From the NCBI GenBank assembly GCA_963667015.2, contig CAXXJJ010000001.1, positions 2,624,001-2,688,000 on the forward strand: a stretch of DNA of 64,000 bases. The letters run 5' to 3'. The position numbers were made by a program, and so were the translations under genes. Source of the stretch: Desulfatiglandales bacterium (GTDB lineage: Bacteria; Desulfobacterota; DSM-4660; Desulfatiglandales; HGW-15). The notes under the pieces are model-generated. The model ran no database searches and was not told the DNA's origin. It was given only the letters and a program-made list of their open reading frames with translations. Below are positions 27,773 to 36,772 of the stretch, one piece after another; the stretch's first letter is position 1, and every line of letters begins with the position of its first letter.

Positions 27773-28822
27773 TCACATCTTAACCCTGCGTTTCATTAGA
27801 AGCCCTATGACAATGGGTGCTCCGAAAAAGGCGGTTATAGCAGAAAGGGGCAGTTCAACAGGAGATAGAAGCATACGCGCAATTAAATCACAGAGGCTTG
27901 CCACTGCAGCTCCCATCAGGCATACACCTGGAATCAGTACCCTGTTATCTGATGTGCCGAAACAGAGACGTGCCATATGAGGGACTGCCAGTCCTATAAA
28001 AGCGATTGGTCCGGCTACCGAGGTGATCATGCCTGCCAGGGCACAGGAAAAAAGAAGTATAAGTATCCTGAATTTTTTAATGTTTACACCCATGGATGCT
28101 GCGTATTCTTCTCCCAGTAAAAATGCATTAAGGGGTTTGCTCATACAGTAAATCATTATGAGGACAGCACCTCCGAGGAGCAGCATAATGTTGATTTCGC
28201 CCCATTTGAATCCTGAAAAACTGCCCAGCTCCCATAGTACAAAGCCCTTGATTTTTTCTTTTTCTGCCAGGGCCATAAGCACGCTCGTTACTGCTCTGCA
28301 GAGGTATCCCATCATAAGCCCTATAATAAGAAGGGTAATCCCGCTTTTAACCCTGGATGCCACAACAACTATAATGAGAAGCACTCCGTATGCTCCGATA
28401 AAAGCGGCCAGGGTTGTTATAAAGGGTGTAATCACTGTCATTCCGATAGTAAGTGTTGTAAGCATGACAAATGCTACCATGAGCGTTGCGCCATGTGAGA
28501 TGCCAAGGATAAATGGACCTACTATGGGATTACGAAAGTATACCTGCAGTAAAAGCCCTGAAGTTGCCAGATAGGCCCCTCCCAGCACAGCAGCTATGGA
28601 ACGGGGAATGCGTATTTTCCATATAATGGAATCGATCGTGGAAGCGCTGTCAGGGTGAAAGATCGTATCAATAATATCACTTATCGGAATGGATACTGAA
28701 CCTATAAAGATATTCAGCAACATGAGCATTCCGGTTAATATACCAAGGAATGAAAATACAAGTACAAAACGGCCTATAGGCCGATATTCTGTATAATTTA
28801 CTGCTTCCTGCGCTACCAGCAT
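27773..28822 (-). CDS. FecCD/BtuC-family ABC permease
   Basis: IRIPR, FRNPIVGPFILGI, LGEEYAASMG, GPIAFIGLAVPH. Confidence 0.93.
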   Translation of the reverse strand: MLVAQEAVNYTEYRPIGRFVLVFSFLGILTGMLMLLNIFIGSVSIPISDIIDTIFHPDSASTIDSIIWKIRIPRSIAAVLGGAYLATSGLLLQVYFRNPIVGPFILGISHGATLMVAFVMLTTLTIGMTVITPFITTLAAFIGAYGVLLIIVVVASRVKSGITLLIIGLMMGYLCRAVTSVLMALAEKEKIKGFVLWELGSFSGFKWGEINIMLLLGGAVLIMIYCMSKPLNAFLLGEEYAASMGVNIKKFRILILLFSCALAGMITSVAGPIAFIGLAVPHMARLCFGTSDNRVLIPGVCLMGAAVASLCDLIARMLLSPVELPLSAITAFFGAPIVIGLLMKRRVKM

Positions 28823-29940
28823 TATGCACCTTCTTTCGGTTCCGGGTCAGTCTCAGGAAGTTCTATAAAAAATTTGCGTTCAAAATCGGGGTATACTTCG
28901 GGATGCAGGATCGAGGCTATTTCAGTGAGTATCTCGTCAAGCCGATAGCCTGACTGCGAGTAATGGGGCATGGGTATAAAAACTTTACCCTCTTTGATAG
29001 GTCTGATATCAGCCAGCAGGGGATTCATCCTGGCCAGGGCGGCCTTTGAAGTTACACCGTCTTTAGCGGTTCTGTAGGTAAAGAATATGTCAGCATCTTC
29101 TCCGCTGTAGATGAAGCGTTCAACTGCTATTTCTATACATGATGTACCGAATACATCATCAAACAGATAATCGCTCTGTGCAAGACCGACCAGCTCACCG
29201 ACCCAGGCGTTACCCGGTTCTACGAGCACTCTTTTCTCATAGATATCTCCCCACATTACCTTTGGCGGAGGTCCGGCATTTTCTGTCTGTTCACGAATAG
29301 CCCACAGGGCATCTTCGACTTTTTTAAAAAAATGATCGGCTTCATTCTGCCTGTTAAAAAAAGGGGCCAGGAACTTGACAAAGCGCATACGCGCATTAAG
29401 ACACATGGCTGTTGGGGTTGATGTTATGGCGCAGGGTATGCCCAGGTCATCAAGCATTGGAATGATAGAGTGGTCCCATGTAAGAACCAGTTCCGGCTGC
29501 TGTTTCCTGAGTCGTTCAAAATCAATGCTCTCAGAGTCACCGAGATATGCAATACGGCCCTGTCTCATTCCTTCTTTGACCTCTTCCACATACCAGTCTT
29601 CCTCAGGATGAGTTACTCCGACAAGGGTTTCTTCCAGCACCCCCAGTGCCTTGAGTGTTGCTATGTCAAAATAACCGGCAGCGGTAATTCTTTGAACCGG
29701 TACCCTTACTATCCTGTGCGGATCTACATCTTTCGGAGCGGTGGCATTCCGGGGGATCAGCACGAGCTTTCGACCGGCACCGTCCCTTACTTCAGTACGC
29801 TCTTCCGAAATTTTGTTAACAGTGAAATCACCGATCTGGATAAAGGATTCATTTTCAGCGGAATTATTGGTACAGGAAAAACTCGCTGATAATAATAGAG
29901 TGATCAGAATAATTATAAATATATGTTTATTGTTTTGCAT
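28822..29940 (-). CDS. ABC substrate-binding lipoprotein (class III, cobalamin/siderophore type)
   Basis: Lipobox-like ASFSC; VRVPVQRI; ILTEIASILHPE; coupled to the permease. Confidence 0.85.
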   Translation of the reverse strand: MQNNKHIFIIILITLLLSASFSCTNNSAENESFIQIGDFTVNKISEERTEVRDGAGRKLVLIPRNATAPKDVDPHRIVRVPVQRITAAGYFDIATLKALGVLEETLVGVTHPEEDWYVEEVKEGMRQGRIAYLGDSESIDFERLRKQQPELVLTWDHSIIPMLDDLGIPCAITSTPTAMCLNARMRFVKFLAPFFNRQNEADHFFKKVEDALWAIREQTENAGPPPKVMWGDIYEKRVLVEPGNAWVGELVGLAQSDYLFDDVFGTSCIEIAVERFIYSGEDADIFFTYRTAKDGVTSKAALARMNPLLADIRPIKEGKVFIPMPHYSQSGYRLDEILTEIASILHPEVYPDFERKFFIELPETDPEPKEGA

Positions 29941-30754
29941 TGGATTTCCTTTTTACCTCCCTGTAAATAAACCTGTCTGCCAGGTACATTAAAAGTCCTG
30001 CTACAAAAAGAAGAATGCCTGCCATGTAAAACCTGACACCAGGGTCTGTTCTTATGTTTAAGTCAATACGCGGTGTACTTGACATTCCGGATGATTTTGA
30101 TTTAGGCCTGAAGCCTTTCAGGAAAACAGAGTAACCTTTATATGTAACAGGACTGTTATGGTTCAAAAGCCTTTCTACACAAAGATTACCTTCTGTAATG
30201 GCCAGTCTGGCATTTGGTTTCAGGATGCGGTCTTCAAATGAAGGGATGCTGCCTCTGTAATAATCAGGGGATATGGAATCGAAGGTGATTTTTATTTCAG
30301 TGCCGGGTATCACCATGCCGGTACCAGGTGTAAGTACCCTTGTATCCAGAATTGTGGAGAAGGTATAACTTATCAGATACCCTGTCAGTATTATGATCAT
30401 TGCATAATGCATAATATGGGGGCTTAAACCGATAAAAAATCTCCACCTGGTAAAATTTCCTGAAGACCTGAAAAGCCTTATAAGCCGGTCGGTAGTGCAT
30501 GCAAAGGAATTAATGCAAAAAATTGTCAGCAGAATAAGCAGGATAAACAGCCACATTGTATGGCTGAGGTTATACATGCCATATGTCTTTATCCACTCTA
30601 TCAACCCGACATCATTAATTGGTGTGAATATATGTGCATTTCTGTTCAGGCACAAATACCCGTAAATCAGATCCAGGGGAATAAGTATACACAGGATTAT
30701 TGTAAAATTAATACTGCCCAGCCTGCGCCATATAATTGAAAAAAATGAAGTCAT
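29927..30754 (-). CDS. Short ResB/CcsB-like protein
   Basis: Start ATG 30754, 2 nt after the ccsA-like stop. WLF..LL..INSFACT, TM His in SPHIMHYAM, NSPVTYKGY, RTDPGV plus C-terminal TM; 275 aa. Confidence 0.75.
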   Translation of the reverse strand: MTSFFSIIWRRLGSINFTIILCILIPLDLIYGYLCLNRNAHIFTPINDVGLIEWIKTYGMYNLSHTMWLFILLILLTIFCINSFACTTDRLIRLFRSSGNFTRWRFFIGLSPHIMHYAMIIILTGYLISYTFSTILDTRVLTPGTGMVIPGTEIKITFDSISPDYYRGSIPSFEDRILKPNARLAITEGNLCVERLLNHNSPVTYKGYSVFLKGFRPKSKSSGMSSTPRIDLNIRTDPGVRFYMAGILLFVAGLLMYLADRFIYREVKRKSNAKQ

Positions 30755-30756
30755 AT

Positions 30757-31524
30757 CTAAAAAGGATTCCTGTATGGTCCGAGATTTGTCAAATAAGTCA
30801 AAAGCAGGACAAACGGAACTCCTGTGGCCGTAATAATTCCCCGCCACTTTGAATTCCCGTAACTTGTAAGGTGTAAGTGTAAAAGGCCGATATAGTAAAA
30901 CCATATGGCCATGGCAGTTGTGATTACCGGGTCTTCCCATTCAACAGGTGTACCCCAGCCAATGTAGGACCATAATTCACCGAAAAACATTGAGAGTGTC
31001 CAAAGAGAAAAACCAAGTATGACCCAGAGAAAGGATTTTTTAACAAGTTTTTTCTGACGTTCTTCTGATGATGATCTCTCCTGATTAAACAGGGATGATA
31101 CCCCCCATAAGCCGCCAACGAGAAAACACCCTTTTCCGGCAATACCGAAAATAATAAACAGGTGTGAAAACAGGGTCAGTGTTTTAATAAAGGGTAGATA
31201 GTAGTCTTTAGGGAAAAAAACTGCGATTACAGAAAGAATAGAAACCAGCCCGGTAGCTGTTTTTATGGTAAATAAATTGTCGCTGTCCTTTCGGGTAAAT
31301 AATAGTACAATCCCTATAAATAGAGGTATAGCTGCAGCGTCCATATACATTGGAGACATGGGAAGTGCCGTTTTATAGCGTAAAAAAACAGACGCCCCGT
31401 TTGCAAGCACCCCCGGCAGCAGTATCAGCTTAATGAGCCCCGGTCTATTACCTGTTAAGCTTATCGTAAAAGAAACAATATAAAATATTGCTGATATCCT
31501 GATGAAAAAATATGGCTGATCCAA
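30757..31524 (-). CDS. ccsA: CcsA/ResC-like heme-handling protein with degenerate WWD domain
   Basis: Polytopic; GFSLWTLSMFFGELWSYIGWGTPVEWEDP..AIWFYYIGLLHL; TTG start with AAGGA RBS. Confidence 0.75.
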   Translation of the reverse strand: MDQPYFFIRISAIFYIVSFTISLTGNRPGLIKLILLPGVLANGASVFLRYKTALPMSPMYMDAAAIPLFIGIVLLFTRKDSDNLFTIKTATGLVSILSVIAVFFPKDYYLPFIKTLTLFSHLFIIFGIAGKGCFLVGGLWGVSSLFNQERSSSEERQKKLVKKSFLWVILGFSLWTLSMFFGELWSYIGWGTPVEWEDPVITTAMAIWFYYIGLLHLHLTSYGNSKWRGIITATGVPFVLLLTYLTNLGPYRNPF

Positions 31525-31579
31525 TAATGTGCTTTCCTTTTAATCATGAAAGATAATTTATTTATAAAGCGTGGCAGGC

Positions 31580-31614
31580 AAAAAAAAACCCGGATCTAAA
31601 TATATAGATCCGGG
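31580..31614 (-). terminator. Terminator, expression platform of riboswitch 3
   Basis: Minus strand CCCGGATCTA...TAGATCCGGG followed by T9. Confidence 0.8.
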
Positions 31615-31680
31615 ATGTCCCTTTTTTATCCACAGAATAATATGCAGGCTAATCACCTTCCACGCGAATTAACCCTATGT

Positions 31681-31840
31681 GTTCAGGCAGGTCTTCTGAC
31701 TTACGGATCATCCTACTTACTGCGCCTTCCCGATCATTGATCAGTGACTTTATTGCAGCTTTCGTCCCCGAATACAGCGGCGGGCCCGTCCCCGATTCTA
31801 ACGGGGTTCCCTTTTAAACTCTTTTACGAGTACCAAGAAC
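31681..31840 (-). ncRNA. Cobalamin riboswitch 3
   Basis: Minus strand TGGT..AAAAGGGAA..GTTAGAAT..CCCGCCGCTGTA..GTCACTG..GGGAAGG..AAGTCAGAAGACCTGCC. Confidence 0.95.
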
Positions 31841-31847
31841 CTTTATT

Positions 31848-31877
31848 GAAATACATAAGAACCATTATGTATGTCAA
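31848..31877 (-). promoter_or_regulatory. Putative sigma-70 promoter for the riboswitch 3 leader
   Basis: TTGACA-N18-TATTTC just upstream of the aptamer; the same layout occurs at 44943-44972. Confidence 0.5.
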
Positions 31878-31901
31878 GTATAAATTTTAAAATAAACTGT
31901 T

Positions 31902-32789
31902 CTATTTAAAATGATGAAGTGAAACACCAATATGGTCCACCCATATATCCACAAAGGCCTTATTTTCCCCGGTGCCTTTAAGTATGGGGATACATTCTAT
32001 TCCGGATTTGGTCAGGATGGATTTCCATGAATCATCTTCATCTCCGGCCATGTCATTTTTTGCATGATCTCCTGCAACCGACATGAAGGGGATGAGGTAT
32101 GCCTTTTTTATTTTTCTGTTAAACAGCATTTCTTTGATCAAATCTATATCCGGGTAGCCTTCCACTGTCCCGACAAAAATATTCGGGTCCCTGAGCTGTA
32201 TCTGAAACATAAGTGCGGCATAAAAGGCATTGGCAGGGTGATGTGTTCCATGCCCCATAAGAACAACTGCTTCATTCTGCTTTCGTTCCTTCGGGATTAT
32301 CCCCATAACAGCATCAACTGCCCGTTTCATATCTTTCTGTGTTGAAAGAAGAGGGGCACCGACAGCAATCCTTCTGAATTTTCTCATGCCTTTAAATGAG
32401 TCAACTGTACGGATGAGATCATGATATTCCTCCCCACCGATGGTGTGTAATGACTGTACAACCACATGAGTAAATTTATCATCCATCATTTTTGCCAGAG
32501 CTAATTCAGGTGAATCTATAAGCTTTCCCTGTTTTGCGAGTTTTTCTCTTATGATATGCGATGTATATGCCCATCTGACAGGAATATCCGGGTAGGCAGC
32601 TTTGACAGCCTTTTCAATGGTTTCAAATGGTACCCATGCGGATTTTTTACTTGAACCGAATGCCACAAGAAGGATTCCTGTCTTTTTAGAACGGCTTTTT
32701 TTATCATGACTACCTGATGTGGATGCATTCACAGGTAACAATGCAAATAACAAAACAAGTAACATACTGTATAATGCAATTTTTTTCAT
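31902..32789 (-). CDS. cbiK: Sirohydrochlorin cobaltochelatase CbiK with signal peptide (periplasmic CbiK-P type)
   Basis: Signal peptide ending VNA; ILLVAFGSS, WAYTS, VVQSLH, LMGHGT, GTVEGYP, PFMSVAGDHAKND. Confidence 0.93.
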   Translation of the reverse strand: MKKIALYSMLLVLLFALLPVNASTSGSHDKKSRSKKTGILLVAFGSSKKSAWVPFETIEKAVKAAYPDIPVRWAYTSHIIREKLAKQGKLIDSPELALAKMMDDKFTHVVVQSLHTIGGEEYHDLIRTVDSFKGMRKFRRIAVGAPLLSTQKDMKRAVDAVMGIIPKERKQNEAVVLMGHGTHHPANAFYAALMFQIQLRDPNIFVGTVEGYPDIDLIKEMLFNRKIKKAYLIPFMSVAGDHAKNDMAGDEDDSWKSILTKSGIECIPILKGTGENKAFVDIWVDHIGVSLHHFK

Positions 32790-32800
32790 TTTTGTCTCCT

Positions 32801-35800
32801 TTAAAAAGATCTATTTCTGCGTATTAACCCCGTAACAAGTAATGCCATAAAACCAAGGACAATAACTATTACAGCCCAGGCTGCACCGGAACTGGTGAGT
32901 TTAGTATCCTCTTTCTTCTCCTCAACCATCTCGTATCCTTCGATCTTGTCTTTTTCCGGCTCCCTGCCTTTAACTGCTTTCTCGTCACCTGACCCTTTAG
33001 CATCTACTGTACTATCATCCTGCTTAAGCTCTTTGGTGGCCTGTGCAAGCTTCTCCTGCAGGGCCTTTCTTTCTGCTATTGCCTTTTCCAGGTCCATTCC
33101 AACCGCCTTTGACATAACCGCCTTAAACTCATTGACCAGTTCGGGAGACAGCATCCCGGGCAGGGATATGATGTTTACAACCATCTGAGTAAGGGCAGGG
33201 TTGTTACAGGTGTGCTGGCAGCAGGCAGCGCCCTTTTCAATAACGCTCATTGCATATTCCACGGCCAGGTTCTTCTTTATTTTTTCAGGGGCATCCCAGT
33301 ATTCCTTTCGAACCGCTTCAAGCATCCGGGCGTTGATGGACTGATATGCCCAGGGATTGCTCTTATCAAAAAATTCCTTGAGATTCTGATCATATTTATC
33401 CTCAACATAAACCTCATAGACCTGTTCCCACTTGGTATCATCAACGGAATGAGGAACAGTTACCTGCCAGGCCCACATATTTTCTACCCCATATTCCATC
33501 ATTCCTGCCCCGTCATAGTTCTCCTTTTTCATTCCCTCAATCCATTTGGGGTTGAGAAGACGGGAACGCAGGTCTTTTCCAAGCATGGTTTCAATATCTT
33601 CAATGTGAGGGTTTCTTTTGTCTTCCTGCCTGGAGATAAGCACGTCCGGGTATTCTCCTCTTAAGGTTTTTACTGATAAGGAAAGGCTGCCCAACCATTC
33701 ATGGGGGCCGCCCGTATCAAGCAGACGGTAGAGGTTTGAGGATCTGGAAAGCATGGTCATTTTCACATCTTCGAGATTCTTCTTGTAGACTGACTTTATC
33801 TGCTTTCCCCAGATATGTTTACCATAGCCAAAGGAGACCCAGTTCATAAAGACCTCTGCGATTTCTTCATCCTTTTCCCAGAGTCCGCTGGCGTTAATGA
33901 GTCCACCGGATGGTCCTGCTCCATAGCTGCCGGGCCTGGGCGCGAAGACCCTTACCTTGCTTAAGATTTCTGCATCTTCTTCGCTGTAGCCCTTTTCCAG
34001 GAGATAGGTCTTTATCTTTTTGCTGTGCTTGGCTATAAAGTTTTCTACATCAGTTAATTGCGCGGCCTTACGCACCGCCTCATCCATAAGTAATATTACA
34101 TTTGGAAAACAGTCCCTGTAGAGACCTGTCGTCTGGATATGGGCGTCGATCCGGGGTCTTTCCAGTACAGGCCCCGGGATGGGTTCTACTCCGATTACCC
34201 TGTCGTTTTTGTCCCAGATGGGTTTCATCCCTAAAAGATACAGGACAGTTGATTCATTTACTCCCTCATTGCGCTGGGTCTCTATGCTCCAGACAACAAC
34301 GCCTATCTTGTCCGGGTATTCTCCTTTTTCTTTGAGATGTTTTTCAATCATCTCATCTGCTGCCTTTTTACCAAGGGAATATGCATCTTTGGATGGAACC
34401 TTATCAGCGTCAAAGCCGTAAAAATCTTTTCCTGTGGGGATTGCATCAGGGTTTCGTAATGGATCATTACCTTCTCCGGCAGGGACATATCTTCCATTGA
34501 GCCCTGCTATGAGACGATCCAGCTCAAGCTTACAGAGGGATAGATTCTTTTTGACCTCGTCCAGGGAGAGATCCTTCTCCCTTTCCTTGATCAACTCACT
34601 GAATTCTTTAAGCTCCTGACCTTCCGGGGATATGCCGAAGGTATGAAGGCCATAGGGCATGCTGGCCTCCTGCAATTCGACAATATAGTGCTCAACCTTT
34701 TCTACCGCTTCATCGTCAATTACATCCAGCAGGAGGTCCTTATCCAGACCCAGTTTTTTTATCAGGATGCTGACCCTATTAAATTTTTCTTCGGCCAGGT
34801 CCTGATTTCTTGCCATGGCATCGTTATAATCATTAATAAGGCCGGCCAGGTCGCGGTATTCCATAAAGGCACCGGCTTTCTTAAGTGCAGGGATAAGGTG
34901 ATCAATAATTACCGCCCGACCCCGGCGTTTGGCCTGGATGCCTTCACCAACATCATCCACGATGTAAGGGTAGATATTGGGAAGATCCTGAATCAGAACC
35001 TCCGGTGCACAGGATTGACTCAGGCCTGAACCTTTGCCGGGAAGCCACTCGTGGGTGCCGTGTGTGCCCAGGTGGATGACCGCGTCTGCATGAAACTCTT
35101 TTTTGAGCCATAGATATGTGGCGGTATATTGATGTGTGGGCCAGATCTGGGTAGAGTGATACATCTTTACCGGATCATCTCCCCTGCCTCTTCCCGGCTG
35201 CGGAAGAAAGATGATATTGCCAAGGTTTACATGGGGGATGATAATATCCTTACCTTTAAACATACTTTTAGAGTCTTCGGTTTTACCCCATCCGGCTTCC
35301 ACCTCTTTCCTGTAGTCTTCATTAATCTCATTGTACCATTCCAGGTATCTGGAGACCGGCAGGCGGACGACCTTATTAGACGCAATAAGCGCATCCAGTT
35401 CGCCCTCGGCCCAGCTTCCTATGTTACGCCCGCTTTGGAGGATAAGGTTTTTAATCTCTTCCTCGGATGGGAGATCGCCTTCAATTGTGTATCCTTCCTC
35501 CCTCATCCTTTTCAGCATTCCCTCTAAACTCCTGAGTGTGTTCAGGTAGCTTGCACCTATAGCGGATTGTTTGCCTGCGTGGCTGTAATAGAGGACAGCA
35601 ACCTTTTTATCTTTATTGGGCTTTGCCTGGAGATTTCTCCATGCCTTTATCCGCTTGACGAGAAACTCTATATTCTCTGTAATAGGCTCATATACGGAAA
35701 ATTCTTTGCCTGTTTTATCATTCTTTATTTCTTTCCCGCTTACAGCAGTAGGTTCTATCAGACCGCTGACCTCCGGGGTGCACAATTGATAGGTTATATC

Positions 35801-36709
35801 CTTTGGAGCTATTCCCCCTGAGTATTCTCTCCATTCGGAAACAGTCTGGGAGGGAAGGCTGATAATATTTATTATTGGCGCCCCTAATTCATCTAACAGT
35901 TTTCTTTTTTTCTTATCGGTCTCTGCATCATCCATGAACTTAAAGGTGCCGGTGCAGACAACACTCACCCGCGCGTTTCCATTTTCATCCATAAAGAATT
36001 TTTTGATGGCTTCTTCCGGAGAGCGCCAGCGGACAGACAAAACATTGATATTGTTTTTTTCCAGTGAATGTATTAACGCTTCAGGAGCACCGGAAAGGAT
36101 TCCCACCCAGAAACTGTCATTTTTGAATAAGCCTTTTTTCTTATACCAGTCCAGGTACTCTTCAAAGGTGGTAAAAACCTTTTTTGAATCAGGATGAGAA
36201 ATGCCCGGTTTGCTGCCTGTTTCCGGTTTTTCGTAGCTGACATCAACGCCACAGTCCCGCGCAAGGAGAAAAAGAATACCGTTTTTTATATTTTCTTTAG
36301 TGGACGGACGGAAATACTGCATTACCTTGGGATCAAGGGAAACCGTATTTGCATCGATTGCCGCACCTTTATACAATGCATAGGGTTTTGTTTTACTGAG
36401 GGATATATTGTCCGACACATATTTTGCAAACTCGCTGTTCATAGTGTTAAGGATAAGGATTCTGGATGAGAAAATATCTTTTTTATCAATACTTCCCTCT
36501 GTCACCTCTTCATAGGAATAATACTGAATATCATAGCTGTCAGCTATTTCGGGAATCTTCATCAGCTCGTTAACTGCCTTGCTGACAGCAGAAGAAGTCC
36601 CCACAATCAGGGTGATTTTATCTTTTTCCTTAGCCGAAGCCGAAAAAAACATAGATGTGAAAATAAAAAGGATTAACGTAAGCTTACTTATTATTTTTAT
36701 CCGGCACAT
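32801..36709 (-). CDS. Secreted, C-terminally membrane-anchored CobN/Mg-chelatase-like protein A (HmuS/BtuS-like)
   Basis: 1302 aa; signal peptide ..SASA; HLGTHGTHEWLPGK; NPKWIEGM; ACCQHTCNNP; C-terminal TM plus basic tail. Confidence 0.9.
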   Translation of the reverse strand: MCRIKIISKLTLILFIFTSMFFSASAKEKDKITLIVGTSSAVSKAVNELMKIPEIADSYDIQYYSYEEVTEGSIDKKDIFSSRILILNTMNSEFAKYVSDNISLSKTKPYALYKGAAIDANTVSLDPKVMQYFRPSTKENIKNGILFLLARDCGVDVSYEKPETGSKPGISHPDSKKVFTTFEEYLDWYKKKGLFKNDSFWVGILSGAPEALIHSLEKNNINVLSVRWRSPEEAIKKFFMDENGNARVSVVCTGTFKFMDDAETDKKKRKLLDELGAPIINIISLPSQTVSEWREYSGGIAPKDITYQLCTPEVSGLIEPTAVSGKEIKNDKTGKEFSVYEPITENIEFLVKRIKAWRNLQAKPNKDKKVAVLYYSHAGKQSAIGASYLNTLRSLEGMLKRMREEGYTIEGDLPSEEEIKNLILQSGRNIGSWAEGELDALIASNKVVRLPVSRYLEWYNEINEDYRKEVEAGWGKTEDSKSMFKGKDIIIPHVNLGNIIFLPQPGRGRGDDPVKMYHSTQIWPTHQYTATYLWLKKEFHADAVIHLGTHGTHEWLPGKGSGLSQSCAPEVLIQDLPNIYPYIVDDVGEGIQAKRRGRAVIIDHLIPALKKAGAFMEYRDLAGLINDYNDAMARNQDLAEEKFNRVSILIKKLGLDKDLLLDVIDDEAVEKVEHYIVELQEASMPYGLHTFGISPEGQELKEFSELIKEREKDLSLDEVKKNLSLCKLELDRLIAGLNGRYVPAGEGNDPLRNPDAIPTGKDFYGFDADKVPSKDAYSLGKKAADEMIEKHLKEKGEYPDKIGVVVWSIETQRNEGVNESTVLYLLGMKPIWDKNDRVIGVEPIPGPVLERPRIDAHIQTTGLYRDCFPNVILLMDEAVRKAAQLTDVENFIAKHSKKIKTYLLEKGYSEEDAEILSKVRVFAPRPGSYGAGPSGGLINASGLWEKDEEIAEVFMNWVSFGYGKHIWGKQIKSVYKKNLEDVKMTMLSRSSNLYRLLDTGGPHEWLGSLSLSVKTLRGEYPDVLISRQEDKRNPHIEDIETMLGKDLRSRLLNPKWIEGMKKENYDGAGMMEYGVENMWAWQVTVPHSVDDTKWEQVYEVYVEDKYDQNLKEFFDKSNPWAYQSINARMLEAVRKEYWDAPEKIKKNLAVEYAMSVIEKGAACCQHTCNNPALTQMVVNIISLPGMLSPELVNEFKAVMSKAVGMDLEKAIAERKALQEKLAQATKELKQDDSTVDAKGSGDEKAVKGREPEKDKIEGYEMVEEKKEDTKLTSSGAAWAVIVIVLGFMALLVTGLIRRNRSF

Positions 36710-36772
36710 AAATTATTCTTCTTTCTCCGCCAGTTTACCTGGCAGTTTTATCTTTTTATTAAAAATTCGGTT

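Noticed and set aside
30755..30940. 62-aa N-terminal extension of the ResB-like ORF
   Set aside because: Lies inside the ccsA-like gene in another frame; ATG 30754 follows the ccsA stop directly.
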